From an uncultured bacterium (GTDB lineage Bacteria > Oederibacteriota > JAAXVQ01 > JAUVAV01): a stretch of DNA of 64,000 nucleotides. A program made the position numbers and the translations under genes. Under the pieces are notes generated by a model. That model was not told the origin of the DNA, ran no database searches, and was given only the letters and a program-made list of their open reading frames with translations. Shown here in pieces: positions 10,545 to 19,343 of this stretch (its first letter is position 1; each line of letters opens with the position of its first letter). The DNA is taken from contig CAVQBK010000004.1 of NCBI GenBank assembly GCA_963710755.1, forward strand, positions 64,001-128,000. The letters are read 5' to 3'.

Positions 10545-11669
10545 ATGAAACACATCTTTTTAATTTTTACCATCATGATGCTCGGGTTGATGGCCGGTCT
10601 ACAGGCCAATGCCGCCGATCCGTCGGCCGGCAATGCCGCCCCTTATTTACGGGCAGGCGCGGGCGCGCGGGCCTTGGCCATGGGTAATGCCGCCACGGCG
10701 GCGACCAATGATGCTTTCGCGCCCCTATGGAATCCGGCAGCCATGGATTTGCTGCCCACATGGGCCATGTCTGGCCAAACCGCTGTTCTCGGTTGGGATC
10801 AAGTCTGGAATATCCTGGGCCTGATTTATCCCGTGCATGAGGAGAATCATATTGATTATGCCGTTGGCTTCACCTGGATCAGCTACTCAGCAGGCAATGA
10901 TTTGGAACGGCGTGATGGCAATCAATCAGCGCCGGATGGCACCTTTGGCGAGAGCCAGACCGCCCTGGTGGGCAGCCTGTCCCGTTCCTTTGGGGACCAT
11001 CTGCATTTGGGGATTAACGGAAAAATCCTCTTGCATCATTTGGATGATAGCGATGCTAATGGATTTGCATTAGACTTGGGCCTATGGCATGACCCCATGC
11101 CTTCGCTGGCATGGGGTTTGGTCATTCAGGATTTATTAGGGTCGCTTAAATGGCCCAGCGAGCATGTCGATAACCTGCCTGTGGTAATCAGGCCCGGTGT
11201 GGTTTGGAAAACAGCTGAAGACAAACTGCGGGTGGCGGCTGACCTGGGCTTGCTTTATGACAACCGCGCCGGACAATTCAATCATCTGGCCTATCATGCG
11301 GGCGCTGAATATTGTCTATTTCCTTTTCTGGCAATAAGGGCCGGTGTCAACGACGACCAAGCTACCGCCGGCTTGGGGTGGACTTTTGCAGTAAGCACTA
11401 TGGCTGATGTGGCCCTGGACTATGCCTTTGCCTGGGAACGGGCGGCCTCTTTTGGGTATACCCATTTAATATCTTTGTCCATACAATTATATTCAGCAAA
11501 TGGCAGCTCTAAAGTCAATCCCGGCTCCAATATTGATACCCACCCAGAGGTTAATACCAACCCTGCGGTTAATCACCATTCGGAAGTTAATCCCAACGCA
11601 GAGATTAATGCTGGTCCTGATGACGATGACAATATTGATCTTAGCGAAATTGAAGAAGACATGCCATGA
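10545..11669 (+). CDS. PorV/PorQ-like outer-membrane beta-barrel with acidic repetitive C-terminal tail
   Basis: Signal peptide; YLRAGAGARALAMGNA...WNPA motif; LAIRAG and LDYAF...HLISLSIQL strands; about 50-aa Asn/Asp/Pro-rich extension. Confidence 0.8.
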   Translation: MKHIFLIFTIMMLGLMAGLQANAADPSAGNAAPYLRAGAGARALAMGNAATAATNDAFAPLWNPAAMDLLPTWAMSGQTAVLGWDQVWNILGLIYPVHEENHIDYAVGFTWISYSAGNDLERRDGNQSAPDGTFGESQTALVGSLSRSFGDHLHLGINGKILLHHLDDSDANGFALDLGLWHDPMPSLAWGLVIQDLLGSLKWPSEHVDNLPVVIRPGVVWKTAEDKLRVAADLGLLYDNRAGQFNHLAYHAGAEYCLFPFLAIRAGVNDDQATAGLGWTFAVSTMADVALDYAFAWERAASFGYTHLISLSIQLYSANGSSKVNPGSNIDTHPEVNTNPAVNHHSEVNPNAEINAGPDDDDNIDLSEIEEDMP

Positions 11670-12430
11670 AACCGCAGACGCTTACCCCCAAACAGCAGCT
11701 TTTGGCTCAAATGGATCACCTCAAGCAAGTGCTGATGGACTGGAAAAACCAGGGCCAAGAGGCTGTGTTTTTTAACCAACCTGCGCCTGCACCGACACCA
11801 TCCGGCATGGCGTCCAAGGGCACAGCGCGTCCCCGCCCGGCCAAGGTGCCCCAAAATGAATTTGAACAATTGGCGTGCGAGGTTAAAGAGTGTGTGCGCT
11901 GCGCTATTGCCAAAGAACGCAAACAGGCGGTTTTTGGGGAAGGCAGTATGAAACCGCGCTTGCTGTTTGTCGGTGAAGCTCCGGGCGCGGATGAAGACCG
12001 GGAAGGTCGGCCTTTCGTGGGCGCGGCCGGCAAACTGTTGACCAAGATTATTGAATCCATCGGGCTTAAACGGGAAGACGTTTACATCTGTAATGTTTTA
12101 AAATGCCGCCCCACCGGCAACCGCAATCCCCTGCCTGAAGAAATTGAAAATTGTCGGCCCTATTTGGAACAGCAGCTGGCATATTTAAAGCCCGAACTGA
12201 TTTGTGCATTGGGCACCTTTGCCGCCCAGACTTTGCTGGAGTCCAAGGAGCCTATTGGTAAATTACGGGGCCGTACCTTCACTTACCAGGGCATACCGGT
12301 TATTCCCACTCTGCACCCGGCGGCCCTGCTTTACCATCCTCAAAACAAACGGCTGGTCTGGGAAGATATGAAGAAAATCGCCCAGCGCCTTAACCTCTCC
12401 CTCAATCCCTCTTCCGGTCAAGCCACCTAG
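11666..12430 (+). CDS. Uracil-DNA glycosylase, family 4 (Fe-S)
   Basis: CVRC, VFGEG, GEAPGADED, PFVGAAG, KCRP, HPAALL. Confidence 0.93.
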   Translation: MKPQTLTPKQQLLAQMDHLKQVLMDWKNQGQEAVFFNQPAPAPTPSGMASKGTARPRPAKVPQNEFEQLACEVKECVRCAIAKERKQAVFGEGSMKPRLLFVGEAPGADEDREGRPFVGAAGKLLTKIIESIGLKREDVYICNVLKCRPTGNRNPLPEEIENCRPYLEQQLAYLKPELICALGTFAAQTLLESKEPIGKLRGRTFTYQGIPVIPTLHPAALLYHPQNKRLVWEDMKKIAQRLNLSLNPSSGQAT

Positions 12431-12448
12431 TCCAACTTGCCAAAGGAC

Positions 12449-12477
12449 TTGACGGCCGTTCTTTTTTCACGCAGAAT
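12449..12477 (+). promoter_or_regulatory. Possible sigma70 promoter for the barrel/lipoprotein pair
   Basis: TTGACG-17 nt-CAGAAT. Confidence 0.4.
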
Positions 12478-12522
12478 AAACAGCCTAACCCGGTAGAAGA
12501 CGCCAGTTCTACAGGGTACAGG

Positions 12523-12553
12523 CATCGGGCATGCGCCGGACAAGGGCCTGTAC
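12523..12553. repeat. Left arm of a ~32-bp inverted repeat (partner at 14438-14469)
   Basis: Its reverse complement GTACAGGC-CCTTGTCCGGCGCATGCCCGATG matches 14438-14469 at 27 of 32 positions. Confidence 0.7.
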
Positions 12554-12675
12554 GTTACAACAACGTTTTATACACATTGGCATTGCTGGGTGGGACAATT
12601 GGTTAATTCAGGCTTTACCAGCTAGAGTTGTAGAGGTGATGCAGTTAAAAACCATATCTGGGAGGGATGCACTTG

Positions 12676-13995
12676 ATGAAAAAATGGATGATGGCTGTTC
12701 TTGTGGGATGCTTAACACTACCGCCAATGCTGGCACAGGCCGCAACCTCGAAAAAAGGCCAATCTCAGTCCAATACGGGCATCAGTGATGAATTCACTTT
12801 CAAAGGTATGATTGATCTCAAAGCGTTTAATATGTCCAATATCGCTTACACCGAAACATCTGATTGGTATTTCTATCCTGTTTACCGCACCATTGTTTCG
12901 AAGGGTTTTGCCAAGCAACATTTCACGTTATTGGCTGACTTGGAAAAACCAGGCTATGCTGATGTAACCTATCCATTTATCAAAGTCAATGAACTCTATG
13001 CTAAATTTCAGGAATCCACTTTTTATGTTAAGTTAGGCCGCCAGCAATTCGGTGACACCGATGATCTGCTTTTAGGCTTGCAGAACGATGCCATCAGCGC
13101 GGGGTTTGATCTAGGCAGTGTGGATCTGATGGCCTTCTTTGCCCGGACCCGTTTGCTGGCACCCTGGGTCACTGGCGGCTTCATTGAAAGCTTGATTGGC
13201 TTTGTGCCTACCTTTGACATGGGTCATAACATGAATCTCGATGCCAAACTGCTCATTGGCAATCAACCTATTACCATTACCACCGGTACGCCCCACGACA
13301 GCATCAATTCGTTGGTGCAGGCCGGTGGCCGCTTCAATATGCTCCTACCTGCAGGAGACGAGGCCACCCTTGATCTGGCGGCCCAGTTGGGCTTGCAATT
13401 CGCCATGGCCAGGACCGCCACGGACAACAGCATTGACGCCACTTCTCTGGGCGTCAAGCTGGATGCCACTTACGGCATGAAGGCTGACCAATTTAATCTG
13501 GATATTGGCGGTCATATTATTTATACGGGCGGCAATCCTGAACCAGGGACGAACACCAAAGCCGGCTTTGCCAGCCTCAATGCGCTGCCCGGCGCCGGAC
13601 CAGGACTGTTTTCTAAAATCGAAGACGGTGCCGGACCCTATACCTATTTGGATGACCATTTGGCTGGTTTGATCATCCGCGACCTGGCGGGGATTATGGC
13701 CGCCGGCTTGACGGCGAAAATGGAAATTGGTGCCATTGTGCCCGGCCTGGGCTTTTGGTTTTATTCGGACACCAACAAAGACGGCAAAGGCCTGGGCATG
13801 GAAGTGGACTTCAGCGCGGCTTATCGCCTTTCCCAGACCGTGTCTTTTTATGCCCAGTTGGGCCTGTTCACCCCCAATCGTGACGGCCTGGAAGGCCGGG
13901 GATTATGGCAACCCAATCCGCCGGCACCTTTGCCGGCCACCCCTGATCCCAAGGCTGTTACCAAGTTGCTGATCGGCAGTTCCATTAACTTCTAA
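12676..13995 (+). CDS. Putative outer-membrane beta-barrel (alginate-export/porin-like)
   Basis: Signal peptide ending AQA; YVKLGRQQFG and GMEVDFSAAY strands; terminal Phe (SSINF). Confidence 0.6.
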   Translation: MKKWMMAVLVGCLTLPPMLAQAATSKKGQSQSNTGISDEFTFKGMIDLKAFNMSNIAYTETSDWYFYPVYRTIVSKGFAKQHFTLLADLEKPGYADVTYPFIKVNELYAKFQESTFYVKLGRQQFGDTDDLLLGLQNDAISAGFDLGSVDLMAFFARTRLLAPWVTGGFIESLIGFVPTFDMGHNMNLDAKLLIGNQPITITTGTPHDSINSLVQAGGRFNMLLPAGDEATLDLAAQLGLQFAMARTATDNSIDATSLGVKLDATYGMKADQFNLDIGGHIIYTGGNPEPGTNTKAGFASLNALPGAGPGLFSKIEDGAGPYTYLDDHLAGLIIRDLAGIMAAGLTAKMEIGAIVPGLGFWFYSDTNKDGKGLGMEVDFSAAYRLSQTVSFYAQLGLFTPNRDGLEGRGLWQPNPPAPLPATPDPKAVTKLLIGSSINF

Positions 13996-14006
13996 GGGGA
14001 AGGGCC

Positions 14007-14423
14007 ATGAAAAATATCTTTGCGGTTCTTATGATGCTTGTGCTGGGCAGCGTGATGGCTGGCCTGGCAGGGTGCGCCTTCCGTTCACCCACCACGCCCA
14101 TGCTGCCGGGCAGCACCATCGGCTCCCCGGGGCATGATGTTCAGACCGAAGGCGGCACGGTGACAGGCATGGTCAGCGGCGTACTCGATACGGATATGGT
14201 GATCATCACCGCGTTTCCAACAGATTCGACGATCGTGACCAGCTATACAGCTGTTATTATGGGCAGTGGTGATTACAGTGTGGTAGACATTCCGCCCGGG
14301 GCCTATTGGGCTAGCGCCACGGTTTTTCGCGGTGATCTGGCTATCGATCAAGCTAATTACCCGGAAGAGATCACCATTACCGAGGCTTTGGAAACCATTA
14401 GTAATGTTGATTTTGCCTTTTAG
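14007..14423 (+). CDS. Lipoprotein with carboxypeptidase-regulatory/Ig-like domain
   Basis: Lipobox LAGC; GTVTG...GDYSVVDIPPGAY...NVDFAF pattern. Confidence 0.65.
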   Translation: MKNIFAVLMMLVLGSVMAGLAGCAFRSPTTPMLPGSTIGSPGHDVQTEGGTVTGMVSGVLDTDMVIITAFPTDSTIVTSYTAVIMGSGDYSVVDIPPGAYWASATVFRGDLAIDQANYPEEITITEALETISNVDFAF

Positions 14424-14437
14424 CCTATTCATGTCGG

Positions 14438-14469
14438 GTACAGGCTTCTTGTCCGGCCCATACCGGATG
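14438..14469. repeat. Right arm of a ~32-bp inverted repeat
   Basis: GTACAGGCTTCTTGTCCGGCCCATACCGGATG, inverse match to 12523-12553. Confidence 0.7.
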
Positions 14470-14622
14470 AAGACACCGAAGGTTTTTCAACCAAAGCGGG
14501 CCTTCGGCACCAGTAAAGCAAGGTAGATTAATCGTGTTGAATGTAAAAATGAAATACGATAAACTTTTAACCTTGGTCGGACGTAAGACCATATTCAATC
14601 CTAAAGAAAGATTGTGGAATCC

Positions 14623-16245
14623 ATGAGAAAACTATTAAGGTTACTGATGAGTTGGCTATTGATGCTGGCCCTGGCAGGCGGCGCGGCTTGGGCGGATTGG
14701 GTTCAGGATGGCGGCAGCGCAAATATAAATACATCCAAAAGCGCCATGGAACCGAGCTTGGCGTTTTTTAACACTATTCCCTATGTGGCTTGGCGTGAAG
14801 ACAATGGCACCACCTTTCAGACCTGCTTAAAACACTGGACAGGCAGCGGCTGGAGTTTCGATGCTTCCAGTTTAAACGCCGACAACACCCAGTGGGCAAG
14901 TAATCCCAAGTTGATAATCAATAATGGATGGTTTTATGTTCTCTGGAGTGAAGGGAGCACGACACCACACATCTTTGCGCGACAGTATACTGGCAGTAGC
15001 TGGTCAAGCGCAGTCAATATTCAAGTCAATACCACTTGGAAAGGTGTTTTCCCAACCCTTGGTATTGTCAACGGCACGGTTTACGCTGCTTGGAAAGAAC
15101 AAACCGGGATTAATTCAGTGCAGGTTTATGTGAAGTATTGGAATGGTTCCAGCTGGGTTTCGCGGGGCGGCAACCTGGCCACTGATGCTTATTGGTATAG
15201 CTCGCCCAGCATTGCCGGGTTGGGTAGTGTCCCTTATGTGGCCTATGAAGAAGCATCCGGTCCCTCAATTGTGGTTAAGCATTGGGGTGGAAGCGGTTGG
15301 GTGCAGGACGGCGGCAGCTTAAATGTCCATCCTGGCAACGCCGCCTATAAACCTTGCTTGGTGAACGGTAACGGCACGCTCTATGCCGCTTGGAGTGAGG
15401 TCTACGGTACCAGCCAGCAGATTTATGTTAAACACTGGACCGGATCAACTTGGGTTCAGGATGGCGGCAGTTTGAACATCAATCCAGCCCAAGACGCTTA
15501 CCAACCATCCATGACCGCGGTTAATGGCACGCCCTATGTGGCTTGGACCGAAACTGGTACCAAAACCCAGCTGTATATGAAGCATTTGAGTGGAGGAAGC
15601 TGGGTTACCGATGGCGGGAGTTTCAACCGCCATACGAATTTGGATAATTCCGGCGTCAGTTTGGCGAATTCCTCAGGCAATGTGGTTTATGCGGCTTTTA
15701 TGGAAAATCCCGGGACCACACCTCTGGATTATCAAATCTATCTCAGTCACTATGTAGCACCGACCGCCACGCCCAGCTTTACACCGACCAAGACCGTCAC
15801 GCGGACCATTACCCCTACCCTAACGGTCACCTCTACGCCAACCATGGCCATCACTCCAGCGACACTCTCGCCAACCCCCACCAAAACAGCGCAAGTGATG
15901 CCAACCGCCACCATCACCGTCACATCCACCATTACTCCTATTGCTGGTTTTAATGGCAAATTGCTGGACCCAAAATACACTTATTTTGCCCCCAATCCCA
16001 CGCGGGGAGATCATCTGAAGTTTGTGGTCCAGGTGCCCCGTGCTTGTGAATTGGAGTGCAAACTATACACCACGAGCCATCGCTCAGTGCTGGGCTTCAA
16101 CCTTTCCTGTCCAGGACAAGGTCAATATGAACACAGGGAATATGTGGGCAATCTGGCCAATGGCGTTTATTTATTGTTGGTCAAGGCCAAGAGTGCCGAC
16201 GGCACGGAAGACCGGGTTATTAAAAAATTAGCCCTCATAAAGTAG
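14623..16245 (+). CDS. Secreted 7-repeat beta-propeller protein with Thr/Pro linker and T9SS-like C-terminal domain
   Basis: Signal peptide AWA-D; seven ~50-aa WVQDGGSLN...PYVAWxE...YVKHW repeats; T/P-rich linker; FAPNP...KLYT...LANGVY...KKLALIK. Confidence 0.8.
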   Translation: MRKLLRLLMSWLLMLALAGGAAWADWVQDGGSANINTSKSAMEPSLAFFNTIPYVAWREDNGTTFQTCLKHWTGSGWSFDASSLNADNTQWASNPKLIINNGWFYVLWSEGSTTPHIFARQYTGSSWSSAVNIQVNTTWKGVFPTLGIVNGTVYAAWKEQTGINSVQVYVKYWNGSSWVSRGGNLATDAYWYSSPSIAGLGSVPYVAYEEASGPSIVVKHWGGSGWVQDGGSLNVHPGNAAYKPCLVNGNGTLYAAWSEVYGTSQQIYVKHWTGSTWVQDGGSLNINPAQDAYQPSMTAVNGTPYVAWTETGTKTQLYMKHLSGGSWVTDGGSFNRHTNLDNSGVSLANSSGNVVYAAFMENPGTTPLDYQIYLSHYVAPTATPSFTPTKTVTRTITPTLTVTSTPTMAITPATLSPTPTKTAQVMPTATITVTSTITPIAGFNGKLLDPKYTYFAPNPTRGDHLKFVVQVPRACELECKLYTTSHRSVLGFNLSCPGQGQYEHREYVGNLANGVYLLLVKAKSADGTEDRVIKKLALIK

Positions 16246-16366
16246 GGACTAAGGCCACTCATGATTTTTAACATCCAATCCGCTTTCCCCGAATAAATAT
16301 CGGGGAGATACCCTGAAGGCGGGCACTTTTGGGGGTTGGGTGAGGGTTTTTCTAAGAACCCTGAGA

Positions 16367-16395
16367 TTGACTTTTTTTCTTACCGGCAGGACAAT
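16367..16395 (+). promoter_or_regulatory. Possible sigma70 promoter upstream of priA
   Basis: TTGACT-17 nt-GACAAT. Confidence 0.4.
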
Positions 16396-16424
16396 GCTCT
16401 TGTTGGCGATGCCCAAGGACCCTT

Positions 16425-16459
16425 TCCCCATGAAGCACGCTTCATGGGGATTTTTTTTT
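16425..16459 (+). terminator. Intrinsic terminator immediately before priA
   Basis: TCCCCATGAAG-CACG-CTTCATGGGGA followed by 9 T. Confidence 0.8.
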
Positions 16460-16467
16460 GGAGTGCT

Positions 16468-18642
16468 ATGTATATTGAAGTTGCTGTGCCAGTGCCATCC
16501 CTACCGGCACTCACCTACGCGGTGGAAGACACCATGGCCCCTGCTTGCGGCAGCAGGGTTATGGTGCCCGTGGGCCGTAAAGTGCTGCCCGGGATTGTGG
16601 TAGCCGTGGGCGTGACCAAACCGGAAAAGATCCGTGTCAAAGCCGTGATCAAAGTGCTCGACCAAACGCCTGTGCTGCCTCCGGCCTTACTGAAACTGGG
16701 CCAGTGGATGGCTGGTTATTACCGCTGCACCTGGGGCGAAGCCCTGCATGCCATGCTGCCTGGCGCCGGCCTGCCCAAAGTGCGTGAACGCTATGAATTG
16801 ATCAATCCTGATCAGGCGGAGGTAAAAAAAGGCCAGGCAGCCCTGCTGCTGGAAAGACTGCAAAACGGGCCTGTGGATAAGGCGGTGCTCCTGGAAGGTC
16901 TGCCGGCCTCGGCGGCCAGGTTATTGACAAGCCTGGAAAAAGAAGGTCTCCTGCAAAGGACCTTAAGTCTGTCTAGAAAAAGAGCTCATCATTTCAATAC
17001 AGTGACGGACCTTTCCTTGGAAGAGCCCAAGAGTTTATCTCAAGATCAACAAGGCGCCTTGGCCCCTTTATTAAAAGCTGTTGATGGCAATATTTTTGAA
17101 GGGTTTCTGCTCTTTGGAGTTACCGGCAGCGGCAAGACTGAGGTGTACTTGCAGGCTATTGCCCATGTGCTGGCTCAAGGTGGAGGCGCCCTGTTGTTGG
17201 TGCCGGAAATTGCCTTGACCACCCAGATGCAGGAGCGGGTCAAAGCCCGATTTGGCGGAGCAGTGGCTGTATTGCACTCGGGCCTGACGCCCAAAGCGCG
17301 CCTGGAAGCGTGGATGCTGCTGGTGCAAGGTCAGGCCCGGGTGGCCATTGGCGCTCGCTCGGCTGTGTTTGCGCCGGTGAAGAACCTGCGGCTGATTGTG
17401 GTTGACGAGGAATATGAAACCTCCTACAAGCAGGATGATACCCCCCGCTACCATGCCCGCGATGTAGCGGCAGTGCGTGCCCGTGAAGAACGGGCCACCC
17501 TGGTTTTGGGCAGTGCCACCCCCAGTTTGGAGACCTTCCATCATGCCCAGGAAGGGAAATTAACCTTACTTACCCTGTCGCAACGGATTGACCATAAAAC
17601 CATGCCTGAAGTTCAGCTGGTGGACATGACCGAGGTCTTTGATCAAGCCCGCAGGTTCCCCTTATTTTCCACAGCTTTATTGGATGCCCTAGCAGACAGG
17701 TTGCGTAAAAACGAGCAATCCATATTGTTTCTCAATCGCCGTGGCTTTGCCCCCCTGGTCATGTGTCCGGCTTGTAAGCATCAACTCACCTGTCCTGACT
17801 GTAGTGTGGCCTTGGTCTACCACCTTACCCATGACAAGCTTCATTGCCACAGCTGCGGCCGTATTTTTCCGGCCCGGCCGGCTTGTCCCAAGTGCGGCAC
17901 GGCTTGTGTTAAGCTGGTGGGTGCGGGTACTCAAAGGGTGGAGGAAGAGCTGCGCCACTGGTTTCCGGACAGCCGCATTCTGCGGCTCGATCAGGACATG
18001 ACCAGAAAACGGGGGGTATTGGAAAAAAGCCTGCTGGCTTTTAAAAATCAGGAGGCCGATATTCTGGTGGGTACTCAGATGGTGGCCAAAGGCATTGATT
18101 TTGAAAAAGTGACCTTGGTAGGCATTATCACCGCAGATACAGCCCTCAATCTGCCCGACTTCCGGGCAGAGGAGCGAACTTTTCAATTGATGGTGCAGGT
18201 GGCAGGCCGTGCCGGCCGGGGCGGGGTGCCGGGGTTGGTTATTGCCCAGACCCATCATGCGGATCATGATGTATTGCTCATGGCGGCGCAACACGATTAT
18301 CAGGCCTTTTTCCAGCGTGAGATTGAGACCAGGCGCCTTTTAGGGTACCCGCCTTTCATGCGGCTGGCCAATATTGTCTGTCGCAGTCGCGCCGAGGGTG
18401 ATGCCCAAAAAACCGCGCAGGCCATTGCCAACCAAGCCCGGCGTGTGGCCGGACGGCAGGACCAGATTCTGGGCCCGGCACCGTCGCCCTATCAACGGGT
18501 GGCCAAGGAAAGCCGCTTTCAGGTGCTTCTCAAATCGCCCACCCATCAGCAGCGCAGCCGGCTGGTCGATGCCATTCAGCGTGTCCCTATCAAAAGTAAT
18601 GTTAAAATCATCATCGACATTGATCCTGTCAATTTACTCTAA
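16468..18642 (+). CDS. priA: Primosomal protein N'
   Basis: GVTGSGKTEVY, VPEIALT, DEEYE..YKQ, LGSATPS, four CxxC, GTQMVAKG, QVAGRAGR, IDIDP. Start moved to ATG 16468 (GGAG RBS). Confidence 0.96.
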   Translation: MYIEVAVPVPSLPALTYAVEDTMAPACGSRVMVPVGRKVLPGIVVAVGVTKPEKIRVKAVIKVLDQTPVLPPALLKLGQWMAGYYRCTWGEALHAMLPGAGLPKVRERYELINPDQAEVKKGQAALLLERLQNGPVDKAVLLEGLPASAARLLTSLEKEGLLQRTLSLSRKRAHHFNTVTDLSLEEPKSLSQDQQGALAPLLKAVDGNIFEGFLLFGVTGSGKTEVYLQAIAHVLAQGGGALLLVPEIALTTQMQERVKARFGGAVAVLHSGLTPKARLEAWMLLVQGQARVAIGARSAVFAPVKNLRLIVVDEEYETSYKQDDTPRYHARDVAAVRAREERATLVLGSATPSLETFHHAQEGKLTLLTLSQRIDHKTMPEVQLVDMTEVFDQARRFPLFSTALLDALADRLRKNEQSILFLNRRGFAPLVMCPACKHQLTCPDCSVALVYHLTHDKLHCHSCGRIFPARPACPKCGTACVKLVGAGTQRVEEELRHWFPDSRILRLDQDMTRKRGVLEKSLLAFKNQEADILVGTQMVAKGIDFEKVTLVGIITADTALNLPDFRAEERTFQLMVQVAGRAGRGGVPGLVIAQTHHADHDVLLMAAQHDYQAFFQREIETRRLLGYPPFMRLANIVCRSRAEGDAQKTAQAIANQARRVAGRQDQILGPAPSPYQRVAKESRFQVLLKSPTHQQRSRLVDAIQRVPIKSNVKIIIDIDPVNLL

Positions 18643-18732
18643 AGAAGAGATCGTTCCACGGCCAAATTTATGGGGTCGATAGGGCGTCATTTTTAGCTGT
18701 CCGCGGTCTAAAAAGCACCTAAGGATGTGGGC

Positions 18733-18762
18733 TTGCAAGCTCACGGGGTAATCATGTATAAT
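18733..18762 (+). promoter_or_regulatory. sigma70 promoter of def-fmt
   Basis: TTGCAA-18 nt-TATAAT. Confidence 0.55.
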
Positions 18763-18790
18763 AGCGGCCTAATATAAAGGAGTGTAAGAT

Positions 18791-19336
18791 ATGGCGAAAT
18801 TACCAATCGTGATGTGGGGCAACCCCATCTTAAAACAAAAAGCCAAACCCATTGTGGCGGTTGATGACAGTTTACGGCAATTGGCAAACAATATGTTTGA
18901 TACCATGGCCGCTGAAAATGGGGTTGGGTTGGCAGCCAATCAGGTGGGGGTACTGGAACGGGTCTTTGTGGTGGAGATCCCGCAAAAAGTCGGTCCCAGC
19001 TTCAAAGCAGTTTTGCTCAACCCCGAAATCACCCAGAGGAGCAGGGAAAAAGAAACTCAGGAAGAAGGGTGCCTGTCCTTTCCTGGTATTTACGGTCCGG
19101 TGGAACGGCACTACCGAGTGGTGGTGGAAGGTCTGGATTTAAACTGGCAGCCTGTTAAAATCGAAGGTGAAGGTCTTTTGGCCAGGGCCATCCAGCACGA
19201 GTTGGACCATTTGGATGGGGTGGTTTTTGTGGAACGTATGAGCATGATCCATCGTACCATGTTGAATAAGCCTTTGCGGGAACTGGCTCGCAGCACCAAA
19301 GCTGGTCTGGCTCCTCACACCCCGAGCCGATTGTAA
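18791..19336 (+). CDS. def: Peptide deformylase
   Basis: GVGLAANQVG, EGCLS, QHELDHLDG. Confidence 0.97.
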   Translation: MAKLPIVMWGNPILKQKAKPIVAVDDSLRQLANNMFDTMAAENGVGLAANQVGVLERVFVVEIPQKVGPSFKAVLLNPEITQRSREKETQEEGCLSFPGIYGPVERHYRVVVEGLDLNWQPVKIEGEGLLARAIQHELDHLDGVVFVERMSMIHRTMLNKPLRELARSTKAGLAPHTPSRL

Positions 19337-19343
19337 CGCTTCC

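Noticed and set aside
16400-16425. Fluoride riboswitch-like start GGCGATG
   Set aside because: The pseudoknot partner and downstream consensus are absent.
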